Notes: generated by a model from the letters alone, not told the origin. DNA of 64,000 nucleotides from Octopus vulgaris (GCA_951406725.2 OX597814.1:27032001-27096000); one strand, 5' to 3'. Numbered from the stretch's first letter, positions 38,834 through 54,859 are shown. Numbers and translations: made by a program.

Positions 38834-41456
38834 GTGCATGCATTAATTTCTATATTTACCTCTTATAAAAGTTGAGAATGAAAAATAATTCTTATTTCAT
38901 GGAGGGATATTAATTTTCCTGTCTCCAAATTAGACAGCTCTGGGTGGAAGATGATGATAATGATGATGATGATGATCATCATCATCATCATGGTGATGAT
39001 AATAATAATAATAGCAATAATAATAGTAATAATAAAATAAGTGTAAATCTGTAAATAATTGAAAATGCCTCGCAGCAAAGAGAGACAGTAGCAGTGTGGT
39101 ACCAGTTTGATCAGATCGAACACTTAGATGATGGTGTATGAATTAAAAATAGCAGAAAATATTTCAAAAAAAGATGGAAGTATGAAATCACATGAATTGG
39201 ACATTTTGTAGAAGAGAAACAACTGCCTCAATCTGAACAGGTAATGAGGAGGAGTGATGCCTGACAGGACAGGGGGTAGCAGAGCAATTAGATGATGGTA
39301 TATGTACACACAATAGAGGTAGATCGAGGAAGAGTGAGAAAGATGCAGTTGAGAACATCTGTAGGTCTCACAAATGAATACATGGAAATGATGCTCTACA
39401 GCACGTAGTCTTTCCTAGCCCACATCAGCTTCAATACTGAGATAATTAAACAATGATAATATTGCCATAAACATACCAATGAGGGACGGCTATTATGCAA
39501 TTATTTGATATGCTACAAATAGCATCCAAATCTCCCTCAGATCACACTCTACTGTTTTTAAAAATGGAAGTACATATTGGATGATTATAATAATAATCCT
39601 TGATGCACTATCTGGAAAATAAAAAAGATAGTATTGTCATAACTGGAATGACTTAGAAACATAGGTTAAGGTCATGGATGGAATACCTTTGATTATAAAG
39701 TCTGCTTGATTGGGAGTTATTCAGAACAATAGCACCAACAACAACCATGAAGAAGGTTACAATGTCCATCATAAAATGTGTGACAATCACAATTCTTCTT
39801 AACAATTTAGAGCAGTGTGAGTTCCTTGTATGCAGAAAAATGTAGAAATTATTAATTGAGCTAAGACATGTAGACCAGACTGAAATAATAGGGGGAGTTA
39901 GGCAAAGCCAGAAATGAATGAGAAGAGTAAGTTAGTTCTAATAGTACTCAGTAACCTAGAACAAGTATAATGGTACAGCTGGTCAATGAGAGGATTAAAA
40001 GAGCAAGCACACATAAAACCAAGGGAAACACAAACCCATCCACACAACCAAACATATGCACATAGACACACAAACACATATACACATAAATACATTTACG
40101 TGTATGTATGTATGTGTATGTGTATATGCGCGCGTGTGTGTGTGTATGCACATGTGTGTGTGTGTAATTAGCTTCTTTTAGTCTCTCTCAGCAGAATCTA
40201 TAAGGCTTTGATTGGTAAGCAGCTATAATAGAAGATACCCATGAAAGTACCATGTAGTGAAACTGCACTCAAAGCAATATGGAAGAAAACCCTTTTAAAC
40301 ACCCAGCCATGCCTGCACCCATACATACATGTGTGTGTGTGTGTATGTGTGTATGTGTGTGTGTGTGTGTGTGTATTACTTCACAACAGTAAATTCGCAG
40401 CAAACTGTCAAAATAATATGGATTGTTAGATTGCTGTACAAATATTATCATGTAAGCCTAGAGAATGTAAAAAGAAATCAATGTATTCCTCTTTTATCAC
40501 AGCCAGAAACCTGGTTTCAAACACACCTTAATGACCACCACAATAACTGTAAGCCATCAAAATGGTCATGAGTTATAGGTGACGGTTACTGGTGCTGCTT
40601 TTGGATGTGAATGACTCCTTATCCTGATACTTATTTGTAGCTTGATGGATTGAACCACTGAGAGTTTACAAAGGCCACACACAACATAGCTATGACAGGA
40701 AAAGAACTATCAGCCAGCTGTGACTTTCCCATTACCACATACAATCAAAGAATGATAGTTTTCTATGAACAGTTGAACAAACAAAAGTATTATTTTTATT
40801 TTTCTACAAATATCCATTTAACAGTTTCATAATCTTCTCCAACCAACCATGATATACACTTATAGAGAATAATGCAACTTCAAGCATGAATAATTTAGCA
40901 AATGGCTGGGTCACATGAGAACAAAAATCTTGCAGAATGCTTCTTTTAAATAAATTCTTACAATTTATCTAGTCTTTCTTCCTAGAAAAAAGGAATAGAC
41001 ATAATGAAATAAAGAGAAAATTGGAGAGATTCAGAAGATATACATTTGTAGAAAAGTAATGGAAAACATTCTACACCAGAAAATTGCTTCATGCCAGAAT
41101 TTCATTGCACAATCCAGAGATTTGTAAAAGTTGTTTTCGTCATCTTGCAGAATTTGGTTCTAGTAAATGAAAAATAGTGCTAAAAACTTAGATTTTTTTT
41201 TTAAGGGCAATTACTAATACCTTTCTTTAAATAAGATCCACATAACAGTTAGAGAGTATATATGCACTAGAATTTTTGTATGCAAACATGCACACACATA
41301 AATGATCTGAATGTATACTTCTTCAAACAAAACAAAGCGTGTACTCAATACATACAAATGTAGTAAAATTGTATAGAGCTTCACATGTACATGTGTGTGA
41401 TAATTAGTTACAACATTAAACAATAGATATTTACCTATAATATGTATATGTGTATG

Positions 41457-41492
<36 letters not shown>

Positions 41493-41504
41493 CTCTCTCT
41501 CTCT

Positions 41505-41705
41505 CTTTCGGAGAGGCACTGAGCAGCTATACGCACACATACACACACGGCAGTAACTTCCACCTACCGAATTCAATCACAAAGCTCCGGTCGGCTCGGG
41601 GCTATAGTGGAAGACACCTACCCAAAGTGCCACGCAGTGGGACTGAACCCGAAACCATGTAGCTAGGAAGCAAGCTCCCTAACCACACAGCCATGCCCGC
41701 ACCTA
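41505..41705 (-). mobile_element. SINE family A head, young
   Basis: Reverse complement reads ggtgcgggcatggctgtgtggttagggagcttgcttcc...ggttcagtcccactgcgtggcac. Confidence 0.8.
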
Positions 41706-41706
41706 C

Positions 41707-41774
<68 letters not shown>

Positions 41775-42634
41775 GATATGTACATATAGTATCGAAAATA
41801 GTTTGGCCATTTTGCATATATCATAACCATAGCCTCTATGCTGCATCAGAATAACCATCTTGATGTTGCTCAATATGTCCTATAAAGTCTCTATCCATTA
41901 TAATGAGATCATTTTTCTTTGTTAATGAGGTAGTCTGCAAGACTGCTTTAATACTAGGAATGATACTTTTTCTTATCTTACAGTGAGAGAGATACATATA
42001 GAGTACACTGTTACTATCATGTTGCCTGTGACTATTTTGACTACCACAATTTCTTTATGTATCTATTTATCTGTCTACTCCAACAATATGCCTACTCCAA
42101 CAATATGCCTACTCCACTAATTCTAGTATACACTTATTCACACTGAAGAATTTTATCTGTGATTTGCTGGTGAAATGTCTGGCTGACTCTTCTCCATCCA
42201 TCATTCTCTTTCTACACAACACACATCTACTGGCCTCCATCTGTCTGTCCCTCTTTTTCTCTCCATAGATTTATATGTGTGTGTGTGTGTGGACGTATGT
42301 ATGCCTCTCTCATAAACAAGTATGACTTGGTAGCATGTATTATGCTTTCACAAACTGTTTTACAAGATCATGCAGTGATGAGCAAATATGGACACTTTCA
42401 TGGCCCTCCCACCCTTGACCCAGTATGAATCAAAGATATGACACCTGTAAGGAGAGCAAAGTGCACCATCACTCATTTTCTGCTGAGTAAGCTGGAACAC
42501 TGGGAAATTGTGTCTTGCTCAAGAACATAATGTGCTGCCTGAACCCATAAGCTTTTCATGAGCTCAGCACCTTAACCACTAAGCCACATGCCTTCACAGC
42601 TTTGAGCTTTGTGTGTATGTGTATGTACATATAC

Positions 42635-42697
<63 letters not shown>

Positions 42698-42885
42698 GAT
42701 CATCATCATCATTTTACATCTACTTTCCATGCTGACTTGGGTTGGACGGGTCATGACAGACCAAGTCAGTTCTGATTTGGAATTGCTAATCCTCTTAGAT
42801 AGGTCAACTTGGCTTCTACAGCTGTATGACCTCATCTAATATTAACCACTTTACAGATTACACATACACACATATATACATGTAT

Positions 42886-42925
<40 letters not shown>

Positions 42926-44184
42926 ATTTACGTACGTACAAACAAGCCCCCTCATTTTAATTAGAAAATAGAATAATGGAATGAACCTTGTACATAAAAT
43001 CTAAGGAGATACCACTTTGGAGATTTCGTGTGACAGGGAATTGAAAAAAAATAACCTTTCCTTTTGACAAATACCAGAGGAATGTGTCCCTGAGGAAAAC
43101 AATGTATTAGATCTGGAATTAGCTTCATTGTAGAGCAAATAGAATTAAAGACACAATGCATGCAATAGGATACAATCACACAGCTAAATACTATCAGATT
43201 GGATCTTATCCACTCAATGAATGAATGTACATGTGGTATGTGTGTATTCAGTTTCCTTAATTTCTGGAGCTTATGTATGTATACATATGTGTGCGCACAC
43301 ACACACACACACACACACACATAAGTATTTCCATCCAATCTTCATTGCTATGTTTTGTGATGGGTTAAGTTGTAGCAAATTTGAGAATTCCCATATTGCT
43401 GAAACCAGTTTTGAAGGAAATTTCAAAATAAAAAAAAAAAGATATTTAACCCATTGCTAAAACCCCAACATTTGTGAAATAGGAATGGCATCATTAATTC
43501 CAATAAAAGTATTTTATCCAGTATAAAAGAAAAAAGTTACCTCATTTCTGATAGATATAACCTATTAAATCTTGACAACTTTTTCTTTTGTCATTTGGTG
43601 CCAACATTCCATCACTATCTTTTATTTATATAGTTATTTTTTTTTATCAATATAGCCTGTCCACGTTTTTTTGTTGTTTTTTATTTTTTTTTTATAGAAC
43701 TGTCATGTCAATCGTTAGCTGTTTCTTTTTGCAATTACACTACTTCCATTTTTCTTCTTCCCTGCTAAGTGCATGGTGTTAGACCACTTTACTTAACCCC
43801 CAACTGCTGAAAATCAGTCCGGAAATAACAGAAATTACATTTCAAACAGCAAAAAAATAACAAAAAATTTAAAAATTGAACAAAAAAGTGAAACAAAAAT
43901 CTGGAAAACATTATTAAAGTAAAAAGAAAAAATTTTCTAACTCACTCGCCCAACACCACCACACCTTAATCTTAGCAGCAACCTTTTAATCTTTTATGAA
44001 GGAAGAATTGTGCTAGTTTCCAATATATATGATTTGTATTTAGATTTTATCATCATCATAACTATTTTCTGAAGACAAGCCATTTCCAATGCTTCTTTCT
44101 AAACAGTAGTCAGAATGTCTTATATATTTTTTTAATGCTTAGATATACTTATGCTTCCGTGCAAAAATTTTCCCTTTGCTTTTC

Positions 44185-44195
44185 TTTTATTATTA

Positions 44196-44247
<52 letters not shown>

Positions 44248-44400
44248 CATCATTACTATTATTACTATTATTATTATCATTACTATTATTATTATTATTA
44301 TTATTACTATTACTATTATAATTATTATTATCATTACTATTATAATTTTTATTATTATGATTATTATTATTATTGCTGTTGTTGTTGTTGTCATTATTAC
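44185..44400. repeat. (TTA)n trinucleotide tract
   Basis: Directly visible; gives poly-I/Y/N ORFs. Confidence 0.95.
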
Positions 44401-45061
44401 AACTTTCTTCCATTCTGGCTTGCTTCGCCTCTGACCTGCTATGACCCAAGATTTAACTTTCTTCTTTTTCAGATATTAAAACATTCATAAAAGCAATATT
44501 TTTCTGTTTCAATGCGATTTCTTACATGCAAACTTAGTTACATGCTAATAATCAAAATATTTCTATTGGTGCTATTAAAACAAGAAAAAATTCAACCATA
44601 ATGTTAACAACCCATATAGTAGAGAAGTCTGTTTTTGCTATCATAGAGCATGGATTTTTTTTCTTTTTCTTTAGTTATAGAATAAACTATTGAGTGATTT
44701 TATTCTTTTATATGACATAACTTCTACTACCGTAATGATACTTTGTCTTCAAACAATGAAAAATTTCAAAACATCAAACTATTTGCAGGAATCATACCAG
44801 AGAAGCTCATTTCTTCATCTAAAATTTTAATTCATAATTAATAATACCAAGATTGCAGGGAACCAGAAATTTATAGTTATGATATTCATGTATTTTCCAA
44901 ATACAATTAATATATGGTGTTTACCAATTTGGCTTCAAAGATGGAATATAGATGAAACTTAACCAAGATCTTATCACTGCAATGCAGTGTATAGCTTAAA
45001 GTATTGATAATGACATCTTATATTGGCATAAACATGATTAAAATAAATTATTATTGTTGAT

Positions 45062-45095
<34 letters not shown>

Positions 45096-45309
45096 TTAAT
45101 AATAATAATAATAAATAATAAGGATGATAAATATAATAATTAAAAACTATAAAACAATAATAACAGAGATCTTTATAATGTCAACCACATGAAAAATTCA
45201 TGAATTTCAACAATTTTAAAATTCTAATAGCTTCTATGGGTAAATAAACTGTTTCTTTTTTTCCAAATCTAGCCTACATGTTATTTGGGAATATAATCAA
45301 ATCATATAT

Positions 45310-45366
<57 letters not shown>

Positions 45367-45569
45367 CATACATATTTATATATATATATATATATATATT
45401 AAAAAAAACCTCATTTAAAACGGATGTTAAATGATGTTTTTTTTAAATATATATGTATGTATGTATGTATGTATGTGTGTATGTATGTATGTACGTATGT
45501 ATGTATGTATGTATGTATGTATGTGTATATATGTATGTGTGTACATATGTATGTATGTTTGTATGTTCT

Positions 45570-45680
45570 TATTCAGTTTATTTCAAGATTTCTTGTCAAT
45601 AAAGAACTGGTTTCTAACCTAGATCCAAGGTTCCTTCAATGGAATTTCAACATCAACAACAGGGTATTTTTGTTTGTTTG
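45570..45680 (-). mobile_element. Short 3' fragment related to the end of the R4/Dong-like element, embedded in (TATG)n
   Basis: 'tttctaacctagatccaaggttccttcaatggaat' resembles 23890-23925 'attacaaacaaagatacaaggctccatctttggaat'. Confidence 0.45.
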
Positions 45681-47553
45681 TATATATGTATGTATGTTTT
45701 ATATATGTATTCTCACGCATATAGTTGCATATCTTGACATGCTCATGTATGTAATGTATGTATGTAATGTATGTATGTATGTATGTATGTATGTATGTAT
45801 GTATGTATGTATGTATGTATGTATGTATGTGTATTTATGTATGTATATGACTGAAAGTATACATTACATGTATATACTCAAAAATACAGGTAACTGAAGT
45901 CTATTATTATGTCTGATATACTTAAGGATTTTATACACAAACACACACTCACACACATATGAAATCTTGAAGGTGCAAGAAGGAAGCTACACTGTTTGTG
46001 TAATATACCAACATGAAGAGTGTGCTAACTTTCGCATGCAACCAAGCAAAAATATAATATAGGATTTATATCCTGTATACATGATTTCAGATAATAATCT
46101 CTTTTTGTAAAAGATGAGTAAAGACAAACATAACTATATAGATATATATTCTGATCTTTGAAAAAATAATGCAACCAAATTTGTTTTATTGGAAATATAT
46201 TTTTCTGTTTCCTACAAATTAGCAGTGTAATATGGTTTGGTAAATAACCTTATTTGATATATGATACTGTGATAGCAATTTCGTGAATATCAAAGTTACT
46301 TTTTTCTTTCTTTCTTTCTTTCTTTTTTTTAACAAAAATGATATTTATGTTCCCAAATACTTGATCATTTCTCTGTTATAAACTACAACCTATAATGAAA
46401 GAATGAGGTTGAAATTATGCAAAAAGCATAAGTTTGCCATGAGGAGAGTAAATAACTAACATTTCAATGAATCTCTTCATTGTAGAAACAATTTATAACA
46501 ATTTATTATTTGTATCCTGTATATATGATTTTGGAAAATAATTTTTCTCTCCTGGCATTCTGCAATGGAAGATTCATTTGATATTTCCACTTCTCATGGC
46601 AAACTAACATTTCTTAACATTTTTCCTTTTACTGTTTCCATGCTTGCTAGCAGAAACCATCCACTTCAGGGTTTGAATTCTTGTGTTTGTGCATAAAATT
46701 GCTGAACATATTAGTGAAATGCATTTTATCTGCTCCTTGCCTATTATTGTATTCAGTTATTTTATACCAAATGATAATTGATGAATGAAAGGGGCTGATA
46801 ATTTCTCCAATGAAATTCTACTGCCCAAAATATTAGACTTTTGTTCTTTTCAAAGAATGCCAAAGATTTCTATATAATACATCCTTTGAATAGGTCTATG
46901 CTTACTCAACTCAAACTAGCACCAGCAGTTTTAATTCTAATGGCTATTTTTAATTACTGTATAAACCCTTAATCATCAAAGTTATATCCACTTCGTTCGA
47001 AGCACATCTACTTGTGACGGTTCCTTAGAGAGGCAACCATCACAAAAATAATCATTATATATTAACTTCAGATAGTTGAATCAGAAGAAAATCTCAAAGG
47101 TAGCAAAGTATTACATGAGATGGTTGGGTTACTTGAATCTACTGATGTAACAGCCAAAGCCATTTCTATAAAAACAAAGTCTATATGCTCAAACATGGAC
47201 ACTACACTCACAATAATGGTATGTTGATCATAGCTAGAATACTGATCAGGTAATTCTTCTATTGACTATCCATTCCAGAAGTCTTCTCTTGCTCAAGTGA
47301 CTAAGACTTCTCAATATGATGACTTCAGCTGATTGTAAACAACTATACCTATGTAAGATAAGAATGGCTAATGAAATACAAATCTAAATATCATCTACTC
47401 TTTCATTATTCATTACTTTTAATGAATGCAGAATATTGTAGATTCAGAGAAAATAAACAAAAGTGTATGCTATTGGTGAATAATGGATTTATTCACAATT
47501 TCTACAGGTGATACATCAAAGAAGCTGTGATAATCTATATTAATCACAATAAA

Positions 47554-47614
<61 letters not shown>

Positions 47615-47715
47615 CATATATATATGATGCTTCATTTTTAGTTCCACAAATATTACAACAAAAGAGAAATGTTACAAATATAGAGATCGTAGCATTCTAC
47701 AACTTTGTTGATGAG

Positions 47716-47764
<49 letters not shown>

Positions 47765-49511
47765 ACCCATGCCAGCATGAAAGGTGGACGTTAAACAATG
47801 ATGATGACGATGTATGTGTGTATGTGTGTGTGTACATATATATATATATACATATATTTATATATGCATTTATGTCTGTATGTAGAGAATCTGTACAATG
47901 TGGAGAAAAATGTACATACTGGTTGATGAAAAGTCTATCAAAAGACTGGGTATTTAAACTAGTGGCAAAAATCAGTCTGATTATCTTATAATAGCCCTTG
48001 TGTGAGCTTAGTTATAAATCTGAAATATTGAGGTATGATCATCGAGCAAGTTACTCTTCTGTAGGGCAGTATATGGATTACTGGTAAAAGAGATATATGA
48101 GATTACGAATCCGTGGCTGGTTCTGTTATCCATTGCTTCTATGTCTTCCAGAAATACTCTAACTACTGATACCTTCAGTGTGTTAACTGACAGTCTGTCT
48201 CTGAGCTATTTCAACTACTCTACATCAGCACTTGTTAATATATCCTCAGTCTCAGTTGCTAATTTATCAGAAAAGTGATGATGTAGTCTCAGCTATCAAT
48301 GCCAGTTTGTTTGAGATTAGTGAGATGATGTTGTAACTGATTAGTCCAAAAAAGTGACTTTGTAAGGCTACTGTGGCTTCTTGCTTGTGACACCAGCAAT
48401 CGGTCGAGCAGAAAGTGATAGTGTAACATGGTATCAGTGCCAGCTGATTTGAGGATAAACTTCTCTGCTGGGGAAATCAAACTGCAAATTTTTGGAATAT
48501 TATTCACATCACTGGTACCCCACAAATATAAATATCTAGATTAATTTGGCAAAAGATTTCATTTAAAGAAGTGTTTGTCATTTAAGTGATTGGGATTTGT
48601 CTGTTTGATTACAGTCAAATTCCTTTATTATAAATATTATTTGTATCTTATAATTAGATAGCTGGACTGTAACTGTTCCATTGTCTCACTCTTTTAAGTT
48701 CAAATCCTTTATTGGAATAAGTTCACTCAACTTTCCCTACCCCAATATAAAGTTAAATTTGAGCTTTGTGAAAGAAATTGTTATAATAGAAAGTGACATA
48801 CTTTACAAAATTCTGCACAGTGTACTTGAATCCAGGATCTCATCACTACAAACAGAATTTTTTAACCATTTGGCCATATTACACCTGTAATGGAGGAAGA
48901 GAACTGAATAGTAAAAACAAATGCTCCAACAAAATGCAAATGTTTAAATTAACAAAATCCATATGTTGCATGCTACCAGAGGACAATTAATGCAAAAAGA
49001 AGAAAAAAGAAAAAAGAATACAAAAATCAGGGAAAATTTAGTGTAGCAGTAGTTTGTCTTTAAATACAAAATGAGTTGTCTTGCTGAAATAATTGTGGAT
49101 TATTAGTTAAAATTACCGACTTCTAAGTTGTGCCATTTCTATTATTGATCAGTGAAGTTAAAAAACATATCAGTGGAAATGGAGATCAAATCAATCTAGC
49201 AAAGACCATTGTTTGAATACGTCTGTCTCTATTCTACAAATCAAATCTGAGTAAATTATTTCAAAAAGAACTCTCTAAAGATACAAAGTGGTAATGTAAA
49301 AATGGGAATGACAAGAAAATCCCTTCATAAAGACATTTCCTCAAGAAATATCTCTATATTTAATTTCATTCTTTCCTTGATTTAACTCAGAAATGAATAT
49401 GGAATCCATCCAAACTGTTTTCAACTATCTTCTTTCTACATATTGATTCAGTCTAATATGCATATATTTATTTGTTTACTCACTTTTATCATTGTGAGCC
49501 AAACACCAAAA

Positions 49512-49542
<31 letters not shown>

Positions 49543-49774
49543 TACAGAGAGAGAGAGAGAGAGAGAGAGAGTGTGTGTGTGTGTGTGTGTGTGTGCGTGT
49601 GTGTGTGTGTGTGCGTGTGTGTGTGTGTGTGTATCGAGCAATGTAATTGAACAGTTTTCTAGTATGGCACACGCAAATACATCCATCAAGTAGTTTTATA
49701 TATTTTAGTGTATATTGCTATATTCATTTCAGCCTTTTGACAATAGCCATGATGAGGTAGTACATGTGTGTGTG

Positions 49775-50045
49775 TGTGTGGTCTAGTGATTAGGGTGTTG
49801 GACTAATGACCATGAGGTTGTGGGTTGAATTACTGAACTGAGCAGCATGTTGGTTCTCTGAGCAAGGCACTTCATTCATTTTGCTTCAGTCCACTCAGCT
49901 GAAAATGAGCAACAGCAGTAGCCAGAGGGAAAGAGAGAGGGTTAATCCTGTAACAGACTGATACATTCTGTTCAGTAGAATGTCTTACACTCCCAAGTGC
50001 CACAGAAACCAGGATAAGCACTGCTGGTCTAATGCACCTTTTAAC
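49775..50045 (+). mobile_element. SINE family C copy
   Basis: 'gtggtctagtgattagggtgttggact...cagtccactcagctgaaaatgag'. Confidence 0.65.
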
Positions 50046-50129
50046 TCTAGACAGATTTTGTTTAAATATATTGATGATTATAGGTGTATGGCTGTGTGTA
50101 GCTTTTCTTTGCCACCCTCATTACTTCAG

Positions 50130-50181
50130 AGAGGAGGAGGAGTGGTGGGGTGGAGGTGGTGGTGGTGGTGGTGGTAGTAGT

Positions 50182-50257
<76 letters not shown>
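50130..50257. repeat. Compound (GGT)n(AGC)n(AGT)n microsatellite
   Basis: Directly visible. Confidence 0.95.
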
Positions 50258-51039
50258 ACAGAAGACTAAGACAAATCAAAACCAGCTAGAGGTAAACTAA
50301 CATCAGCCCTAAAACTTTATATTGAACTATGCAGATTTGAGAATCCTAACCCATGGAAGATGCAATGGCTTTCTAAATTATAAAACATGCAGAATAATTC
50401 ATCAGAAACCAGATAATTTAAGCATCACAAGGACAGATGAACGAAATGAAATCTGCACCAAATGAAGCATCAAATGATGAGTTATTTCCATTATTAAAGT
50501 GTAGGACTAAGTGGTTATATTTTAACATTGTTCACAAAAATCATAATGAGTGCTTGAAGCAAACTTATAGAGCTAGCTTGGTTTTTGTTTGATATTTTTG
50601 AGTACTCTTAATCAACAGAACACAGAGGTGGCTATTCAAACATTCTATTAAATCTGTATTATTATCCATCATCATCTTCATCTTTTTAGACTTGCAATTT
50701 TATTGAAAAATTTTCACTTTAAGTTTGTGATCCCTCTGTTAATGACAGCTGCAAGTTTGTTGACAAGAGACTTGGCAATAGAAATCATGTTGCTAAGCAA
50801 AATTTCTCTTGTTGTGTAATAGTAAGGTGACAATTGACATGTGCAAAGTGGAAATAGTCCAAAGAGAAAGAGTAGTGTCCATCAGTATTGCAAGCCCTCA
50901 TAAACTGGTGGTATACAGCACAGAACATCCATCTCTCATGTGCAAGTATGCTTTGTTAAGATGTACTATGCTTTTGCCAATTTTTTTATGTAACTGTATA
51001 GTCCTGAGCAGACATACACATCTCTCAGTCCTTCACCCA

Positions 51040-51250
51040 GTGACATATCATGGATGTGACAGGTGAAGGAAGAAAGAGGGCAGTGGCAACACCCTGACTG
51101 GTACTCAGTACAGCTGGGTGGACTGGAGCAACATGAAATAAAGGCTTTGCTCAAGTACACAATGCACTGACCAACCAATCAAGGAATTGAACTCACGACC
51201 TTGTGATTGTGAGCCAAACACCAATCTACTAGGTCACATGCATTCACTAA
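51040..51250 (-). mobile_element. SINE family C copy, inverted
   Basis: 'cagctgggtgactggagcaacatgaaat...tgctcaag' is the reverse complement of the family core. Confidence 0.65.
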
Positions 51251-54200
51251 GGGGTTGATGTAGTTGATATTCAATAAAGGGAGAGTTTGTGACATGTCAA
51301 ACAAAGTTGTCATGTGGAGTAGAAAAGCTAACATCCTGGGCTATTACCTTTCAGCAATACTCTGGTGAAGAGCAAAAACCCTAAAACATTACATTTTCTA
51401 CTCCATAAGACAGTAGAATTATTCAACATTCTATAAGCTCTCCTTTAAGATTCCATGTTGCCAAAGTTGACCCACACCAGTTTCCTTGAATTCTGGATTT
51501 TACCTTAATTGATATTCAATCTGAACTTCAGCAGACTGATGCCTCTAGGGAAAATGTAGACAGGGAAGGATTTCCAGATGGTTACAGTTCTTGAGATGAG
51601 AATTTTGACACAAGTTTTAGTACAAGTTTACAGTGAGGGAGCATAAAGAGCAAGGATGATGAGAAGGAAAGTGGATAAATTGCGTGGGGGTGTATAATTA
51701 GCTAGTTCACAGTAGCAAGAACAATAGTGGTGGTAGTAGAAGAGATAGGTTGTGAGTGATTATAATGTATTGGTGAATGAAAGTTTGCCAATCAGTCAGA
51801 TGGTCTTTTTGGGATATGTGTGCATGTATGTGTGTGTGCATGTGTGTACGTGTGTGTGTGTGTGTGTGTAGCAGCTGCTATGTCCCAGACATGTAGTACT
51901 TATGTGTGAAGTGCACTTGCACCTTGTAGAATGTCAGAAACTGTTCAGAGTAGAAGTAGTTTCTGGCCCTGAAGATATACAGTTTGTCAATGTGTATGCA
52001 AGCTCACATTTTAGTATAAAATGTTGAGATAATAGTGATTTTCATAATTATGTCTTGAAAATGTTAAATATTGCTTATATGTGTGCATGTGTATGTAAGT
52101 GACATGGAAATTTATACAAGTATGTATGTGTGCTTAACTTCCCATGTTAACATATGAGTGTAACTTTTAGCAAATAAGCATCTGTCTTCTTCAGGAACCA
52201 TTAGCAATTTTAAACATGAGAACAATAAGTCTTAAACTAGTGACAGATGATCATAGGAGATGAAAATAATGAGAAAAATGTACTCTTGATTAAATTTTTA
52301 ATGTTTATTACCTTCTGTTTTTATAAATATAAATGTAAAGTAAATATAGCCATTACTTATGAAATATCTCACTTTAACCAGTTGGAACAATTGAAATCAT
52401 GAGAATTAATGAGGCAGTCATTATTGAAATCTTAACGTATCTGGAAATAACTGAATAGAAACATATCCTCCTCAGTGTCTTCTATATTAAGTGCAAAGAA
52501 ATTCTCTAATTAAATTATCAATCATATGTCATAAAATTTGGTTGACATTTAATATTTTCTCTAGATATCTAATCACTCATTCTTCCTTTTCATACTACCA
52601 TCCATTCTGACAAGATGCAAACAGATATTTAATTAAAAATAGCCATGAATTTAAGTGTAGCTATAAGGAGGGTTGTAAATGTGATGGTATTAATATTAAT
52701 GGTGTACCCAAGCAGAAATAAATAGCAAGACTATAGGTATGCATATTAGTGTGTCTGATTATAAATGTGTGTACTATGTATGAGTGGGTATGCACCCGCA
52801 TGTGTATGTATATATGAGTATGTGTGCATACGTGTGTGTGTATATGTATGTGCATATGTGTACACGTGCGCCCACACACATGTGTGTGTATTAATGAATG
52901 AATTAAATGTGTATTTCTATGTAGATATTTGTGACTTTCAGTAGTTTATTGAACTTTTACATATTTCTTTGATTCGGTCTTTATTGTTTGAGATTTTCAT
53001 TTTGGTGGGGTTTTGTTGCTTCTATTTGTTATGCTTTTTTTGTAATTTTATTCTAAGTTGTAATCAACACCAGACTTGTTATTAGTGAAATGGAAAGAAA
53101 TAATTATTGATAGAGAGCAAATACATAAAAATAAAGAATATTATATCAAATAATTGCTGTGGTTCATAACAAACAGTCTAAGAAAGACTCATGTGAAACT
53201 TTTTGTGTATGAAGAAGTAATTGAAAGGCCAGACAGAAATAACAATTCAATACAACTTCTTTTACTCAGTGTGAATGGTGTATGTGTATATGCATAAAGT
53301 AATGCCACTCAGGAAGGGTATCAGTGAGTTCAGTTAACAAAAAGTAAAATAAATTAATCAATTAATTGATTTGTCAAAGTCTTTCACAACACAACTGTGA
53401 CCTTTTCAATGATTTCTCCTGTGACTGGCTTCAACTTATCATAACTTGGAACTGATTTGTTAATACTTCATTGGGGAAGGCACGAGTGTCCCTATACCCC
53501 ATTTTCTCCCTCACTTGAAGTCAATAAATTTCACTTGCTGATTTATAAGCAGAAACTATGAACATTTGATGTTTGGCTGCAGTTATTCTGCTTGCATGAG
53601 GTAAATTAGTTAGTCATTGTTGTGAATGTGTGTGTGATTGTATATGAATGTGTATTGTTATTATTAATAATATTATCATTATGATTTATTGATTGATTGA
53701 TTGATCTGTTATATCTCAGCTATAATTATTTCGAATTCTAATAACCTTAGCTTCTGGAATGCTGCATTTCTTTTCTATTAAGTTTGCAGACTTTTATTGA
53801 AATAATTCCACGGAATTATTGGAATAACAAAAATAACTATTTTACATGACTAATTCTGAATGTTTAATGAAACCAATTTATTACTGTTACAAATAAAAAT
53901 GGCAATAAAGATAAAGAAAAGCAAAAGAAAAAATTCAAAGAAACTATTATAGACAAAATTTGAATAAAAATATTTCATTAGTAGCCAGAGCATTCATATG
54001 CTATGGCCAACTGCCCAATGAAAACAAAAGACCCTCATGAGACTGCCAAAGTTTAAATTACTCCTTGCCTTCTCCTAGCTGTGATAAGGTGTCAGACTCT
54101 TGGCCTGTTGCACTGTATTGTTGTACCAGCCCTTTAATCTTGTTAGTTCTCCTGAAGTGTAGCTGGTGCTAATTAATTTGCTGCTACAGCATTCTCTCGA

Positions 54201-54859
54201 ATAACACACTGATAAAGCTAAGAATATGTGTTGTGTGAATCTGGTGAAATTCATGAAAAACCTGTTCACATTTAGACTATGAATGTATATAAAACATTTT
54301 CCCTCACTGGAAAATGGCATCCTATAGATTTATACAAACTTTTAGAGTTATGGGTTCATTAAACACACCCTTTGACAACAACCAATTAACATTTTTACTT
54401 CTCCAAAATATGCATAATTTATTTTTGACTTTATAAATCATATCAAAATGAAATGGCAACCATGGCATAACCTAAAAGAGATGAATCAGACAACATTATT
54501 TATATACATATATATAATTTAGAAATAAATAGAGGGACAGTGCCCATGATGTGTGAAAGTTTTCCCAACTAAATGATGCAGTTGATGTTATTTGTTATAT
54601 TCATACTTATTATATTATTCAATCAGTTGTAAGGCACAGTGGCCGTGAAATTAATGTCCTGGACTACTGATCACAGACAGATCTTACTAGAGTTAGTGTT
54701 TAACTTCCATGAAGAAAGCATTTAACACTGCCTGTTCCAGTTTGCCTAACTGATCAAATCAACAGGCTCCACTCTTGCATCACAGTTAGGAAACAGAAAA
54801 ACATCCAGCCCTAACTAAAACATAATTTTAAAATATTATTTTGCCCATGAAAATATATA

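Noticed and set aside
39100-39420. Possible L2/CR1 C-terminal relic on the minus strand (SFVRPT, LFLFYK)
   Set aside because: The motifs are too short and decayed to call by eye.
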